Assembly (NCBI GenBank): GCA_965228535.1 | Contig: CBDDHU010000003.1 | Span: forward strand, 348,589-372,588 | DNA: 24,000 nt | Origin: Minwuia sp. | GTDB taxonomy: Bacteria > Pseudomonadota > Alphaproteobacteria > Minwuiales > Minwuiaceae | Direction: 5' to 3' | Shown: positions 16,203-24,000 of the stretch, one piece after another | Position numbering within the stretch: position 1 is the first letter of the stretch | How the letters are laid out: each line of letters begins with the position of its first letter | Notes under the pieces: generated by a model | What the model was told of the DNA's origin: nothing | Database searches by the model: none | What the model saw: only the letters and a program-made list of their open reading frames with translations | Made by a program: the position numbers and the translations under genes

Positions 16203-16493
16203 GTCTGACCCCCTGCTTGCTGCCACGGGTCCCGGACGATGACCGTGCCGGATGGACCACGTGGAAAACCGATGGCACGCCGCCCGACCCTCGGACGCTG
16301 CGTACCATCCCCCAAATCCATGAACGTGACCGGCGGGAACAGACGAATATTCTCCGGCCCCCCGACCGCTCAGGCCGTCAGTGTGCGGTTGCGGGACAGT
16401 CCTGTCAAACGAAGCTTCTGTTATGCAAGCACTTGTTGACCGTCATCAATCCGTCCGAGGCACGGCAAACGGGGCCATGGACGCCGCTTCCGG

Positions 16494-16522
16494 TTGCCGG
16501 TTCCGCGCTTTCGGGTTTATAT
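16494..16522 (+). promoter_or_regulatory. Candidate sigma-70-type promoter for coaBC-dut-rrf2
   Basis: TTGCCG (16494-16499), a 17-nt spacer, then TTATAT (16517-16522), about 40 nt upstream of the coaBC ATG. This rests on the sequence pattern only. Confidence 0.25.
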
Positions 16523-16561
16523 GCGAACCACATGCCCATGACGTGAATTGGACGATTGCCC

Positions 16562-17788
16562 ATGACGGCTCCGACCGATGCCTCCCCGCTTGCCGGGCGC
16601 CGCGTGCTGCTGATCGTCGGCGGTGGCATCGCTGCCGTGAAGGCACCGGACCTGATCCGGCGGCTGCGGGAACGCGGGGCCGCCGTGCGCTGCGTGCTGA
16701 CGGCGGCAGGGCACGAATTCACCACCCCGCTGGCGCTGTCGTCGCTGTCGGAGGACCGGGTCTTCACGGAGCTGTTCGACCTGACCGACGAGGCGGAGAT
16801 GGGGCACATCCAGCTCTCCCGCCAGGCCGATATCGTGCTGGTGGCCCCGGCGACGGCCAACCTGATGGGCCGCATGGCGGCGGGCCTGGCCCCGGACCTG
16901 GCTGCAACCCTGCTGCTCGCCACGGACAAGCCTGTCATGCTCGCCCCGGCGATGAACGTGCGCATGTGGCTGCACCCGGCGACGCAGCGCAACCTCGCCA
17001 CCCTGCGCCAGGACGGCGTGCTGGTGGTCGGCCCCAATGACGGCAGCATGGCCTGCGGCGAGTTCGGGCCGGGCCGCATGGCGGAACCGCTGGAGATCGT
17101 TGCCGCGCTGGAGGCGCATTTCGGGCCCAGGCCGCTGCAGGGGCTGCGCGCCCTCGTCACCTCCGGCCCGACGCATGAGCCGATCGACCCCGTGCGCTAC
17201 ATCGCCAACCGTTCGTCGGGCAAGCAGGGCCATGCCATCGCGGCGGCGCTGGCCGCGGCGGGGGCCGAGACCGTGCTGGTCAGCGGCCCCACCCACCAGC
17301 CCGATCCGGCAGGGGTGGAGATCCGCCGGGTCGAGAGCGCGCGGCAGATGCTGACCGCCTGCGAGGATGCTCTGCCGGCCGACATTGCCGTCTGTGCCGC
17401 CGCGGTCGCCGACTGGCGGGTGGCGACGGAGGCGGGAGAGAAGCTGAAGAAGGAGAAGGGCGGCGGACCGCCCAGCCTCGCCTTCGCCGAGAACCCGGAC
17501 ATCCTCGCCACCCTGTCAGGGCGGGCCGAGGGGCGTCCCGGACTGGTGATCGGCTTTGCCGCCGAGACCGAGAAGGTGATCGAGCACGCGGTGGCGAAGC
17601 GCGAACGCAAGGGCTGCGACTGGATCCTGGCCAACGATGTCAGCCCGGCCACCGGCACCTTCGGCGGCGACAACAACAGCGTCATCCTGATTTCCGGCGG
17701 GGAGCCGGAGGCCTGGCCACCGCTGACCAAGCAGCAGGTGGCGGAGCGGCTGGTGCATCACATCGCACTGTTCCTGGGGCGCGCATGA
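16562..17788 (+). CDS. coaBC: Bifunctional phosphopantothenoylcysteine decarboxylase / phosphopantothenate-cysteine ligase
   Basis: The N-terminal flavoprotein domain carries [16 protein letters not shown]. The C-terminal CoaB domain carries [13 protein letters not shown]. The ATG at 16562 is preferred over the track TTG at 16556. The stop overlaps the dut start (ATGA). Confidence 0.92.
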   Translation: MTAPTDASPLAGRRVLLIVGGGIAAVKAPDLIRRLRERGAAVRCVLTAAGHEFTTPLALSSLSEDRVFTELFDLTDEAEMGHIQLSRQADIVLVAPATANLMGRMAAGLAPDLAATLLLATDKPVMLAPAMNVRMWLHPATQRNLATLRQDGVLVVGPNDGSMACGEFGPGRMAEPLEIVAALEAHFGPRPLQGLRALVTSGPTHEPIDPVRYIANRSSGKQGHAIAAALAAAGAETVLVSGPTHQPDPAGVEIRRVESARQMLTACEDALPADIAVCAAAVADWRVATEAGEKLKKEKGGGPPSLAFAENPDILATLSGRAEGRPGLVIGFAAETEKVIEHAVAKRERKGCDWILANDVSPATGTFGGDNNSVILISGGEPEAWPPLTKQQVAERLVHHIALFLGRA

Positions 17789-18270
17789 GCAGCGATGTCG
17801 CCATCGCGCTGCGGCGGCTGGAGCATGGCGCCGACCTGCCCCTGCCGGCCTACGAGAGCGCGGGCGCCGCGGGCATGGACCTGCGGGCGGCGCTGCCGGG
17901 CGGCGGCATCACCCTGGCACCGCGGGGCGGACGGGCGCTGGTGCCGACCGGCATCGCCATCGCCCTGCCGCCGGGCTACGAGGCGCAGGTCAGGCCACGC
18001 TCCGGGCTGGCGCTGAAACACGGGGTCACGGTGCTGAACACGCCGGGCACCGTCGATGCCGACTACCGGGGGGAAGTCGGCGTCATCCTGATCAATCACG
18101 GGACGGAGCCGTTCGCCATCGCCCATGGCGACCGCATCGCGCAGCTTGTCCTGGCCAGCGTCGCGCGCGGCCACTGGCAGGAGCGCGAGACGCTGCCGGA
18201 GACGGCGCGCGGCGCTGGCGGTTTCGGCTCCACCGGGGGCCGGAAGACGACGGGGGAACCATCCGCATGA
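17785..18270 (+). CDS. dut: dUTP diphosphatase
   Basis: 161-aa ORF with the dUTPase motifs [27 protein letters not shown] and [10 protein letters not shown]. Confidence 0.93.
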   Translation: MSSDVAIALRRLEHGADLPLPAYESAGAAGMDLRAALPGGGITLAPRGGRALVPTGIAIALPPGYEAQVRPRSGLALKHGVTVLNTPGTVDADYRGEVGVILINHGTEPFAIAHGDRIAQLVLASVARGHWQERETLPETARGAGGFGSTGGRKTTGEPSA

Positions 18271-18719
18271 CCGATGCACTGCGCCTGCCGAAGAAGACCC
18301 TCTACGCGCTGGATGCGGTGGTGGACGTGGCCTACAACGCCCGCCCCGACCCGGTGCAGTCCAAGGACATCACGGAGCGGCAGGGCATTCCGCCGCGCTA
18401 CCTGGAACAGGCGATGCAGCAGCTTGTCCGTGCCGGTATCCTGAAGGGCGTGCGCGGTCCGCGCGGCGGCTACACGCTGGCGCGGGAGCGGCGGCGGATC
18501 AGCGTGGCGGAGATCGTGCGCATCATCGCGGCGGATGACGAGGAACAGGACCAGGGCGGATCGGCACTGGGGCGGGAGATCATCCGCCCCTTCTGGACCG
18601 AGATCCAGGACGAGATCATGGAACGGCTGGAGACCGTGACGCTGGAGGATCTCTGCCGTCGCGCGCAGGATGCGGGCGTGCCGCGGGCCACCCGCGCATC
18701 CAGGGACTTCACGATCTGA
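18267..18719 (+). CDS. Rrf2-family transcriptional regulator (CymR-like; lacks the three-Cys Fe-S ligand set)
   Basis: 150-aa ORF. The N-terminal winged-helix region is [65 protein letters not shown]. The whole protein has only one Cys. An ATGA overlap joins it to dut, and cysK lies 58 bp downstream. Confidence 0.85.
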   Translation: MTDALRLPKKTLYALDAVVDVAYNARPDPVQSKDITERQGIPPRYLEQAMQQLVRAGILKGVRGPRGGYTLARERRRISVAEIVRIIAADDEEQDQGGSALGREIIRPFWTEIQDEIMERLETVTLEDLCRRAQDAGVPRATRASRDFTI

Positions 18720-18777
18720 CCGCCAGCCTTATCTGAGCAGCTGAAACAGAAAACCAATTCCGGGGGAGTACCACATC

Positions 18778-19743
18778 ATGAGCACCGAACAGCGCTTCAC
18801 CGCCCCGCGCGGGCGCATCTACGATTCCATCACCGAGACCATCGGCTCGACGCCGCTGGTGCGCCTCAACCGGGTCACTGACAAGGTGGCGGAGGGCGCG
18901 CAGGTCCTGGCCAAGCTGGAATTCTTCAACCCGCTCTCCTCGGTCAAGGACCGCATCGGCGTGGCGATGATCGAGGCGATGGAGGCCGAGGGCACGCTGA
19001 AGCCCGGCGGCACCATCATCGAGCCGACCTCCGGCAATACCGGCATCGCGCTGGCCTTCGTCGCCGCGGCCAAGGGCTACCCGCTGACCCTGGTCATGCC
19101 GGAAAGCATGTCGGTGGAGCGGCGGCGGATGCTGAAGCTGCTGGGCGCGACGCTGGAGCTGACGCCGCCGGAGAAGGGCATGCCCGGCGCCATCGCCCGT
19201 GCCAAGGAGATGATCGAGGCAACGCCCGGCGCGGTGATGCCGCAGCAGTTCGCCAACCCCGCCAACCCGGCGATCCATGTCGCCACGACGGCGGAGGAGA
19301 TCTGGGCCGACACGGCGGGCAAGGTCGACGTGGTGATCTCCGGCGTCGGCACCGGCGGCACCGCCACCGGCATCGGCCGGGTGCTGAAGCAGCGCAACCC
19401 GGCGATGAAGCTGGTGGTGGTGGAGCCGGAGGACAGCCCGGTGCTGTCCGGCGGCAATCCCGGCCCGCACAAGATCCAGGGCATCGGTGCCGGCTTCGTG
19501 CCGGAGAACCTGGACACCGCCCTGGTGGACGAGGTGCTGACCATCGGCAACGAGACGGCGTTCGAGAACGCGCGGCGGCTGGCGCGGGAGGAAGGCATCC
19601 CCGTCGGCATCTCCTCCGGTGCCGCGGTCGCGGCGGCGCTGGAGGTGGCGCAGCGGGCGGACATGGCGGGCAAGACCATCGTCGTCATCCTGCCGTCCTT
19701 CGCCGAGCGCTATCTCTCCACCGCGCTGTTCGACGGCCTCTGA
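18778..19743 (+). CDS. cysK: Cysteine synthase A (O-acetylserine sulfhydrylase)
   Basis: 321-aa ORF with the PLP-lysine motif [21 protein letters not shown] and the glycine loop [18 protein letters not shown] Shine-Dalgarno-like sequence lies upstream. Confidence 0.93.
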   Translation: MSTEQRFTAPRGRIYDSITETIGSTPLVRLNRVTDKVAEGAQVLAKLEFFNPLSSVKDRIGVAMIEAMEAEGTLKPGGTIIEPTSGNTGIALAFVAAAKGYPLTLVMPESMSVERRRMLKLLGATLELTPPEKGMPGAIARAKEMIEATPGAVMPQQFANPANPAIHVATTAEEIWADTAGKVDVVISGVGTGGTATGIGRVLKQRNPAMKLVVVEPEDSPVLSGGNPGPHKIQGIGAGFVPENLDTALVDEVLTIGNETAFENARRLAREEGIPVGISSGAAVAAALEVAQRADMAGKTIVVILPSFAERYLSTALFDGL

Positions 19744-19766
19744 GACCGGACAGGAAAAACAGCCGC

Positions 19767-20639
19767 ATGACCGAGACCGCCGACGCCGCGGAAGACACCT
19801 ACTGGCAGGTCATCACCCTGACCGACCTGCCGGACATGCAGGCGGTGGAGACGGCGCTGGGTGACCTGCCGCTCTCCACCTCCGTCTTCCGGGCGGAGGA
19901 CGGGCGCTGGCGGGTGGCCGCGATCCTGGACCACGAACCCGACCTGGCCCACTGGCCCTTGCCGGGGGACAGCGAGGCCGCGCCGCTGGAGATGCGGGAC
20001 TGGGTGGCCGAGTCGCAGGCGGCGCTGCCGGCGCTGGACATCGGCCGCTTCCATGTCCGGGGCGGCTGGGACCGGCCTGCCATCACCGGCCGCATCGACC
20101 TGGTGATCGAGGCCGGGCAGGCCTTCGGCACCGGTCGGCACGAGAGCACGGAGGGCTGCCTGGTGCTGCTGCAGCAGCTGGCGCGGCAGCGCCGGGTGCG
20201 GCGGGTGCTGGATGTGGGCACCGGGGCCGGCATCCTGGCCATCGCCGCCGCCCGGCTGACCGGTGCGCGCTGCGTCGGCACCGACATCCACGCGATCTCG
20301 GTCACGGTTGCCATCGAGAACGCGGAACTGAACGATGCGAAGCACCTGACCCGGTTCGCCGTGGCCGACGGCACGCGGCACCGGCTGGTCCGCGACGGCG
20401 GACCCTACGACCTGGTCTTCGCCAACATCCTCGCCCGGCCGCTGGCGGAGATGTCGCGCATGATCGCCGGGCAGGTGGCACCGGCCGGCGACCTGATCCT
20501 GGCCGGCATCCTGACCCGCCAGGTGCCGATGGTGCTGAGCCGCTATTGCCCGCTGGGTCTGAAACTGGTCACCCACCACCGCCGCAACGAATGGTCGGTG
20601 CTGCGGCTGTCACGCCCGTCGCGCAGATGTCTCCGATGA
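19767..20639 (+). CDS. prmA: Ribosomal protein L11 methyltransferase
   Basis: 290-aa ORF with GTGRHESTEGCL and the SAM-binding stretch VLDVGTGAGILAIAA. Confidence 0.85.
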   Translation: MTETADAAEDTYWQVITLTDLPDMQAVETALGDLPLSTSVFRAEDGRWRVAAILDHEPDLAHWPLPGDSEAAPLEMRDWVAESQAALPALDIGRFHVRGGWDRPAITGRIDLVIEAGQAFGTGRHESTEGCLVLLQQLARQRRVRRVLDVGTGAGILAIAAARLTGARCVGTDIHAISVTVAIENAELNDAKHLTRFAVADGTRHRLVRDGGPYDLVFANILARPLAEMSRMIAGQVAPAGDLILAGILTRQVPMVLSRYCPLGLKLVTHHRRNEWSVLRLSRPSRRCLR

Positions 20640-20922
20640 TTGCTGACCGGATCAACCGTACCGGAACCCCCGCCGCCTCCGGTTCGTCACTTCCGCCCAC
20701 CGCCCGAACTGACGGCGTGCCCGGGCATGACCCGGGTACCCATGATGCCGCACCGGCGTGGGGAACTGGGCTCTCGGGTCAAGCCCGAGAGCGCCGTGGT
20801 GTGGAGGACATCAAGGTCATCGCCATCCGCCGGGATCGGCCCCGACGCTGCCTCACCCTGTCGCACCAGCCACCCGCGTGGTGCTGGGACGCGTCGAAAC
20901 CTCACCCAACCGGAGTACAGTC

Positions 20923-22698
20923 ATGTCGGAACGCGTCAGCCGTCTCAGGGCGGAAATGCAGGCGGCGGGAATCCAGGGTTTCCTGGTCCCGCGCAATGAC
21001 GAGCATTTCGGCGAGTGGGTGCCGGCCAACTGCGAGCGGCTGGCCTGGCTGACCGGGTTCAACGGCTCCGCCGGTCTCGCCATCGTGCTGGCGGACCGGG
21101 CGGCGATGTTCGTTGACGGGCGCTACACGCTGGCGGTGCGCGACCAGGTGGACCTGGATACCTTCGCCATCCGCCACATCACCGACGAACCGGCCAGCGA
21201 CTGGCTGCGCGCGGAACTGAAGCCCGGACAGCGGCTCGGCTTCGACCCGTGGCTGCACACGGCGGCAGGCCTCGCCGGTATCGAGAAGGCGGTGAAGGAT
21301 GCGGGCGCGGAGCTGGTGCCGGTTGCAGCCAACCCGGTGGACCTGATCTGGCGCGACCGCCCGGCCCCGCCGATGGCCCCGGTGGTGCCGCACGATATTG
21401 CCCATGCCGGTGAGACGGCGGAGGCCAAGCGCCAGCGCATCGCCGCGATCGTGCAACAGAAGGGCGCGGACGCGGCGGTGCTGACCCTGCCGGAATCCAT
21501 CGCCTGGCTGCTGAACATCCGCGGTGGCGACGTGCCCCGCACGCCGCTGCCGCTGGGCTTCGCGGTGCTGCACGGTGACGCGCGGGTGGACCTGTTCATG
21601 GACCCGCAGAAGATCACCGACGCGGCCCGCGCCCACATGGGCAACGCGGTAGCCATCGCGCCCAAGGCGAAGTTCGCCGACGGGCTGACGGCGCTGGCCG
21701 GCAAGCATGTGCTGGTGGACCGGCCGAGCGCGGTAAGGGCGGTGACGGAACGGCTGCGCGATGTCGGTGCGGAAGTGGTGCTGGGCGAGGACCCGACCAT
21801 GCTGCCCAAGGCCTGCAAGAACCCGGTCGAGGTGCAGGGCAGCCGCGATGCCCATGTCCGCGACGGCGCGGCGGTGGTGCGCTTCCTGGCCTGGCTGGAT
21901 GCCCATGCCGGGGACGGTTCGGTGGACGAGATGCTGGCGGCGGAGACGCTGGAGGGTTTCCGGCGGCAGAACGAGCTGATCCGCGACCTCTCCTTCGACA
22001 CCATCTCCGGCTCCGGCCCGAACGGGGCCATCGTGCATTACCGCGTGACAGCGGAAACCAACCGCCGCCTGCAGCCGGGGGAGCTGTTCCTGGTGGATTC
22101 CGGCGCGCAGTACCTGGACGGCACCACCGACATCACCCGTACCGTCGCCATCGGCACGCCGACGCCGGAGATGCGCGACCGCTTCACCCGCGTGCTGCAG
22201 GGTCACGTGGCGCTGGCCACCGCGCGCTTCCCCGCCGGGACCACGGGCAGCCAGCTCGACCCCATGGCACGCGCCCCGCTCTGGCAGGCCGGGCTGGACT
22301 TCGATCATGGCACCGGCCATGGCGTCGGCAGCTACCTCAGCGTCCATGAGGGGCCGCACCGCATTTCCAGGGTGCACAGCGCCGTGGCGCTGCAGCCGGG
22401 CATGATCGTCTCCAACGAACCGGGCTACTACAAGGCCGGGGCCTATGGCATCCGCATCGAGAACCTGGTGACCGTGGTGGACAGCGTCATCGAGGGCGGG
22501 GAGCGCCCGACGCTGGCCTTCGAGACCCTGACGCTGGCCCCCATCGACCGCCGCCTGATCGTGACGGAGATGCTGACGGTGGCGGAGCGGGCCTGGATCG
22601 ACGGCTACCATGCCCGCGTCGCGGAAACCCTGACCCCGCTGCTGGACGGGGAGGCCGCCACCTGGCTGGCCGCGGCAACGCAGCCGCTGGAGGGATGA
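20923..22698 (+). CDS. Aminopeptidase P family (M24B Xaa-Pro aminopeptidase) protein
   Basis: MSERVSRLRAEMQAAGIQGFLVPRNDEHF begins a creatinase-like N-terminal domain. The C-terminal pita-bread fold carries HGTGHGVGSYLSVHEGP and SNEPGYY. The ATG at 20923 is preferred, and the 55-codon extension in the track has no support. Confidence 0.88.
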   Translation: MSERVSRLRAEMQAAGIQGFLVPRNDEHFGEWVPANCERLAWLTGFNGSAGLAIVLADRAAMFVDGRYTLAVRDQVDLDTFAIRHITDEPASDWLRAELKPGQRLGFDPWLHTAAGLAGIEKAVKDAGAELVPVAANPVDLIWRDRPAPPMAPVVPHDIAHAGETAEAKRQRIAAIVQQKGADAAVLTLPESIAWLLNIRGGDVPRTPLPLGFAVLHGDARVDLFMDPQKITDAARAHMGNAVAIAPKAKFADGLTALAGKHVLVDRPSAVRAVTERLRDVGAEVVLGEDPTMLPKACKNPVEVQGSRDAHVRDGAAVVRFLAWLDAHAGDGSVDEMLAAETLEGFRRQNELIRDLSFDTISGSGPNGAIVHYRVTAETNRRLQPGELFLVDSGAQYLDGTTDITRTVAIGTPTPEMRDRFTRVLQGHVALATARFPAGTTGSQLDPMARAPLWQAGLDFDHGTGHGVGSYLSVHEGPHRISRVHSAVALQPGMIVSNEPGYYKAGAYGIRIENLVTVVDSVIEGGERPTLAFETLTLAPIDRRLIVTEMLTVAERAWIDGYHARVAETLTPLLDGEAATWLAAATQPLEG

Positions 22699-23867
22699 AA
22701 CAGGACCCCGCGCCGGCATTCGGGGTCTACGTCCACTGGCCCTTCTGTGTCTCCAAGTGCCCCTATTGCGACTTCAACAGCCATGTGCGCGAAACGGTGG
22801 ACCAGGACCGCTGGCGCGACGGCCTGCTGGCGGAGATCCGGGCCTGGGCGGCGCGGGTGCCCCGGCAACCGGTGGACACGGTCTTCTTCGGTGGCGGCAC
22901 CCCGTCGCTGATGCCGCCCGCCACGGTGGCCGCGGTGCTGCAGCAGATCGAGGACTGTTTCAGCCTCGCCCCGGATGTGGAGATCACGCTGGAGGCCAAT
23001 CCCTCCTCCATCGAGGTCGGGCGCTTCCGTGATTTCCGCAGCGCCGGGGTCAACCGGGTCAGCCTGGGGGTGCAGAGCTTCGACGACCAGGCGCTGCGCT
23101 TCCTCGGCCGGGCGCATGATGCGGCTGCCGCGCGCCAGGGCATCGCCACGGCGGCGGCGACGTTCGACCGTTTCTCCTTCGACCTGATCTACGCCCTGCC
23201 CGACCAGACGGAGGCGGCGTGGCGCGCCATGCTGGCCGCCGCGCTGGACCTCGCCGGGGATCACCTGTCGCTCTACCAGTTGACCATCGAGCCCAATACC
23301 GGCTTTGCCGGGCAGGTCAGGCGCGGCGTGTTCGATCCGATGGACGACGACCGGGCGGCTGACCTGTTCGAGCTGACCGCCGCGATCATGGAGGATGCGG
23401 GCCTGCCGGCCTACGAGACCTCCAACCATGCCCGCCCCGGCGGGGCCTGCCGCCACAACCTGCTCTACTGGCAGTACGGTTCATGGATCGGTGTCGGCCC
23501 CGGCGCGCATGGCCGCCCGGTGCTGTCGGACGGCACGCGCCATGCCAGCGCCAACCACCGCAAGCCCGAGGCCTGGCTGGAAGCGGTCGAGGCCGGAGGC
23601 ACCGCCCTGGCGGAGGACCGCGCGATCCCGGCCCCGGAACAGGCGGAGGAAGCGCTGATGATGGGCCTGCGCCTGTCGGAGGGGATCGGGGAGGCACGGT
23701 TCCAGGCCCGCACCGGCGGCCAGCCGCTCGCCGCCATCCTCGACGCCCGCGCCCGCGAACGCCTCACCGCCGACGGCCTGATCGAGACCGCGAACGGTAC
23801 CCTCCGCGTCCGCCCCCCGGGACGGCTGCTGCTCAACAGCATCACCGGCGCCCTGCTGGGCGGGTGA
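22695..23867 (+). CDS. hemW: Radical SAM heme chaperone HemW (HemN-like, oxygen-independent coproporphyrinogen oxidase family)
   Basis: 390-aa ORF. YVHWPFCVSKCPYCDFNS contains the CxxxCxxC radical-SAM cluster motif. An ATGA overlap joins it to the upstream peptidase gene. Confidence 0.9.
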   Translation: MKQDPAPAFGVYVHWPFCVSKCPYCDFNSHVRETVDQDRWRDGLLAEIRAWAARVPRQPVDTVFFGGGTPSLMPPATVAAVLQQIEDCFSLAPDVEITLEANPSSIEVGRFRDFRSAGVNRVSLGVQSFDDQALRFLGRAHDAAAARQGIATAAATFDRFSFDLIYALPDQTEAAWRAMLAAALDLAGDHLSLYQLTIEPNTGFAGQVRRGVFDPMDDDRAADLFELTAAIMEDAGLPAYETSNHARPGGACRHNLLYWQYGSWIGVGPGAHGRPVLSDGTRHASANHRKPEAWLEAVEAGGTALAEDRAIPAPEQAEEALMMGLRLSEGIGEARFQARTGGQPLAAILDARARERLTADGLIETANGTLRVRPPGRLLLNSITGALLGG

Positions 23868-23879
23868 AGGGACATACGC

Positions 23880-24000
23880 AGCCTGTACTACATAAGTCCT
23901 GATTATTCCAATCAACATATCAAGAGATTTAATCTCGGCATATCAAGATTCTAGCATGTCTTCGGGTTCAATTGTCTCTCTATAGTTGTATTGTGAATCA
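23880..24000. other. Abrupt AT-rich segment (edge of a compositionally foreign region, truncated by the window)
   Basis: By hand count, 43 of the 120 bases at 23881-24000 are G or C (about 36%), whereas the preceding 23.8 kb is clearly GC-rich. The segment contains CATATCAAGA twice (23916-23925 and 23939-23948) flanking the 13-bp palindrome GAGATTtAATCTC (23924-23936). Confidence 0.6.

Overview
This is a high-GC chromosomal segment, almost all of it tightly packed core genes, with gene order typical of an alphaproteobacterium. From left to right it carries hemE (partial, minus strand) and a TauD/TfdA-family dioxygenase, followed by a 432-bp divergent intergenic region. Next come the DUF299 regulator gene (PDRP), maf, aroE, coaE, dnaQ and rho. 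After those are a Nudix hydrolase (minus), a translationally coupled P450-GST pair, an orphan 528-aa membrane protein, a LuxR-family regulator (minus) and sdhCDAB (minus). The right part holds coaBC-dut-rrf2, cysK, prmA, an aminopeptidase P-family gene and hemW, and it ends in an abrupt AT-rich break. No rRNA, tRNA, CRISPR array, transposase or integrase was recognised. Six observations deserve a second look. (1) A 1,815-bp single-gene insertion is bounded by 39-bp direct repeats that duplicate the 3' end of the GST gene. (2) Its cargo, an orphan multi-pass membrane protein, contains about 32 tandem hexanucleotide units encoding a 64-aa (Val/Phe)-Ala dipeptide array written in atypical GCT codons. 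(3) The hemE / DUF299-maf-aroE-coaE-dnaQ neighbourhood is the one that flanks the Caulobacter origin, and its intergenic region holds four TCCACA-core DnaA-box-like sites, so it is a candidate oriC. (4) A 20-bp lux-box-like palindrome lies upstream of the LuxR solo. (5) A REP-like repeat family is present, including a perfect 30-bp-stem hairpin. (6) GC content falls sharply over the last 120 bp. I found no clear multi-gene novel system such as a defence island. The insertion and its repeat protein are the most unusual content.
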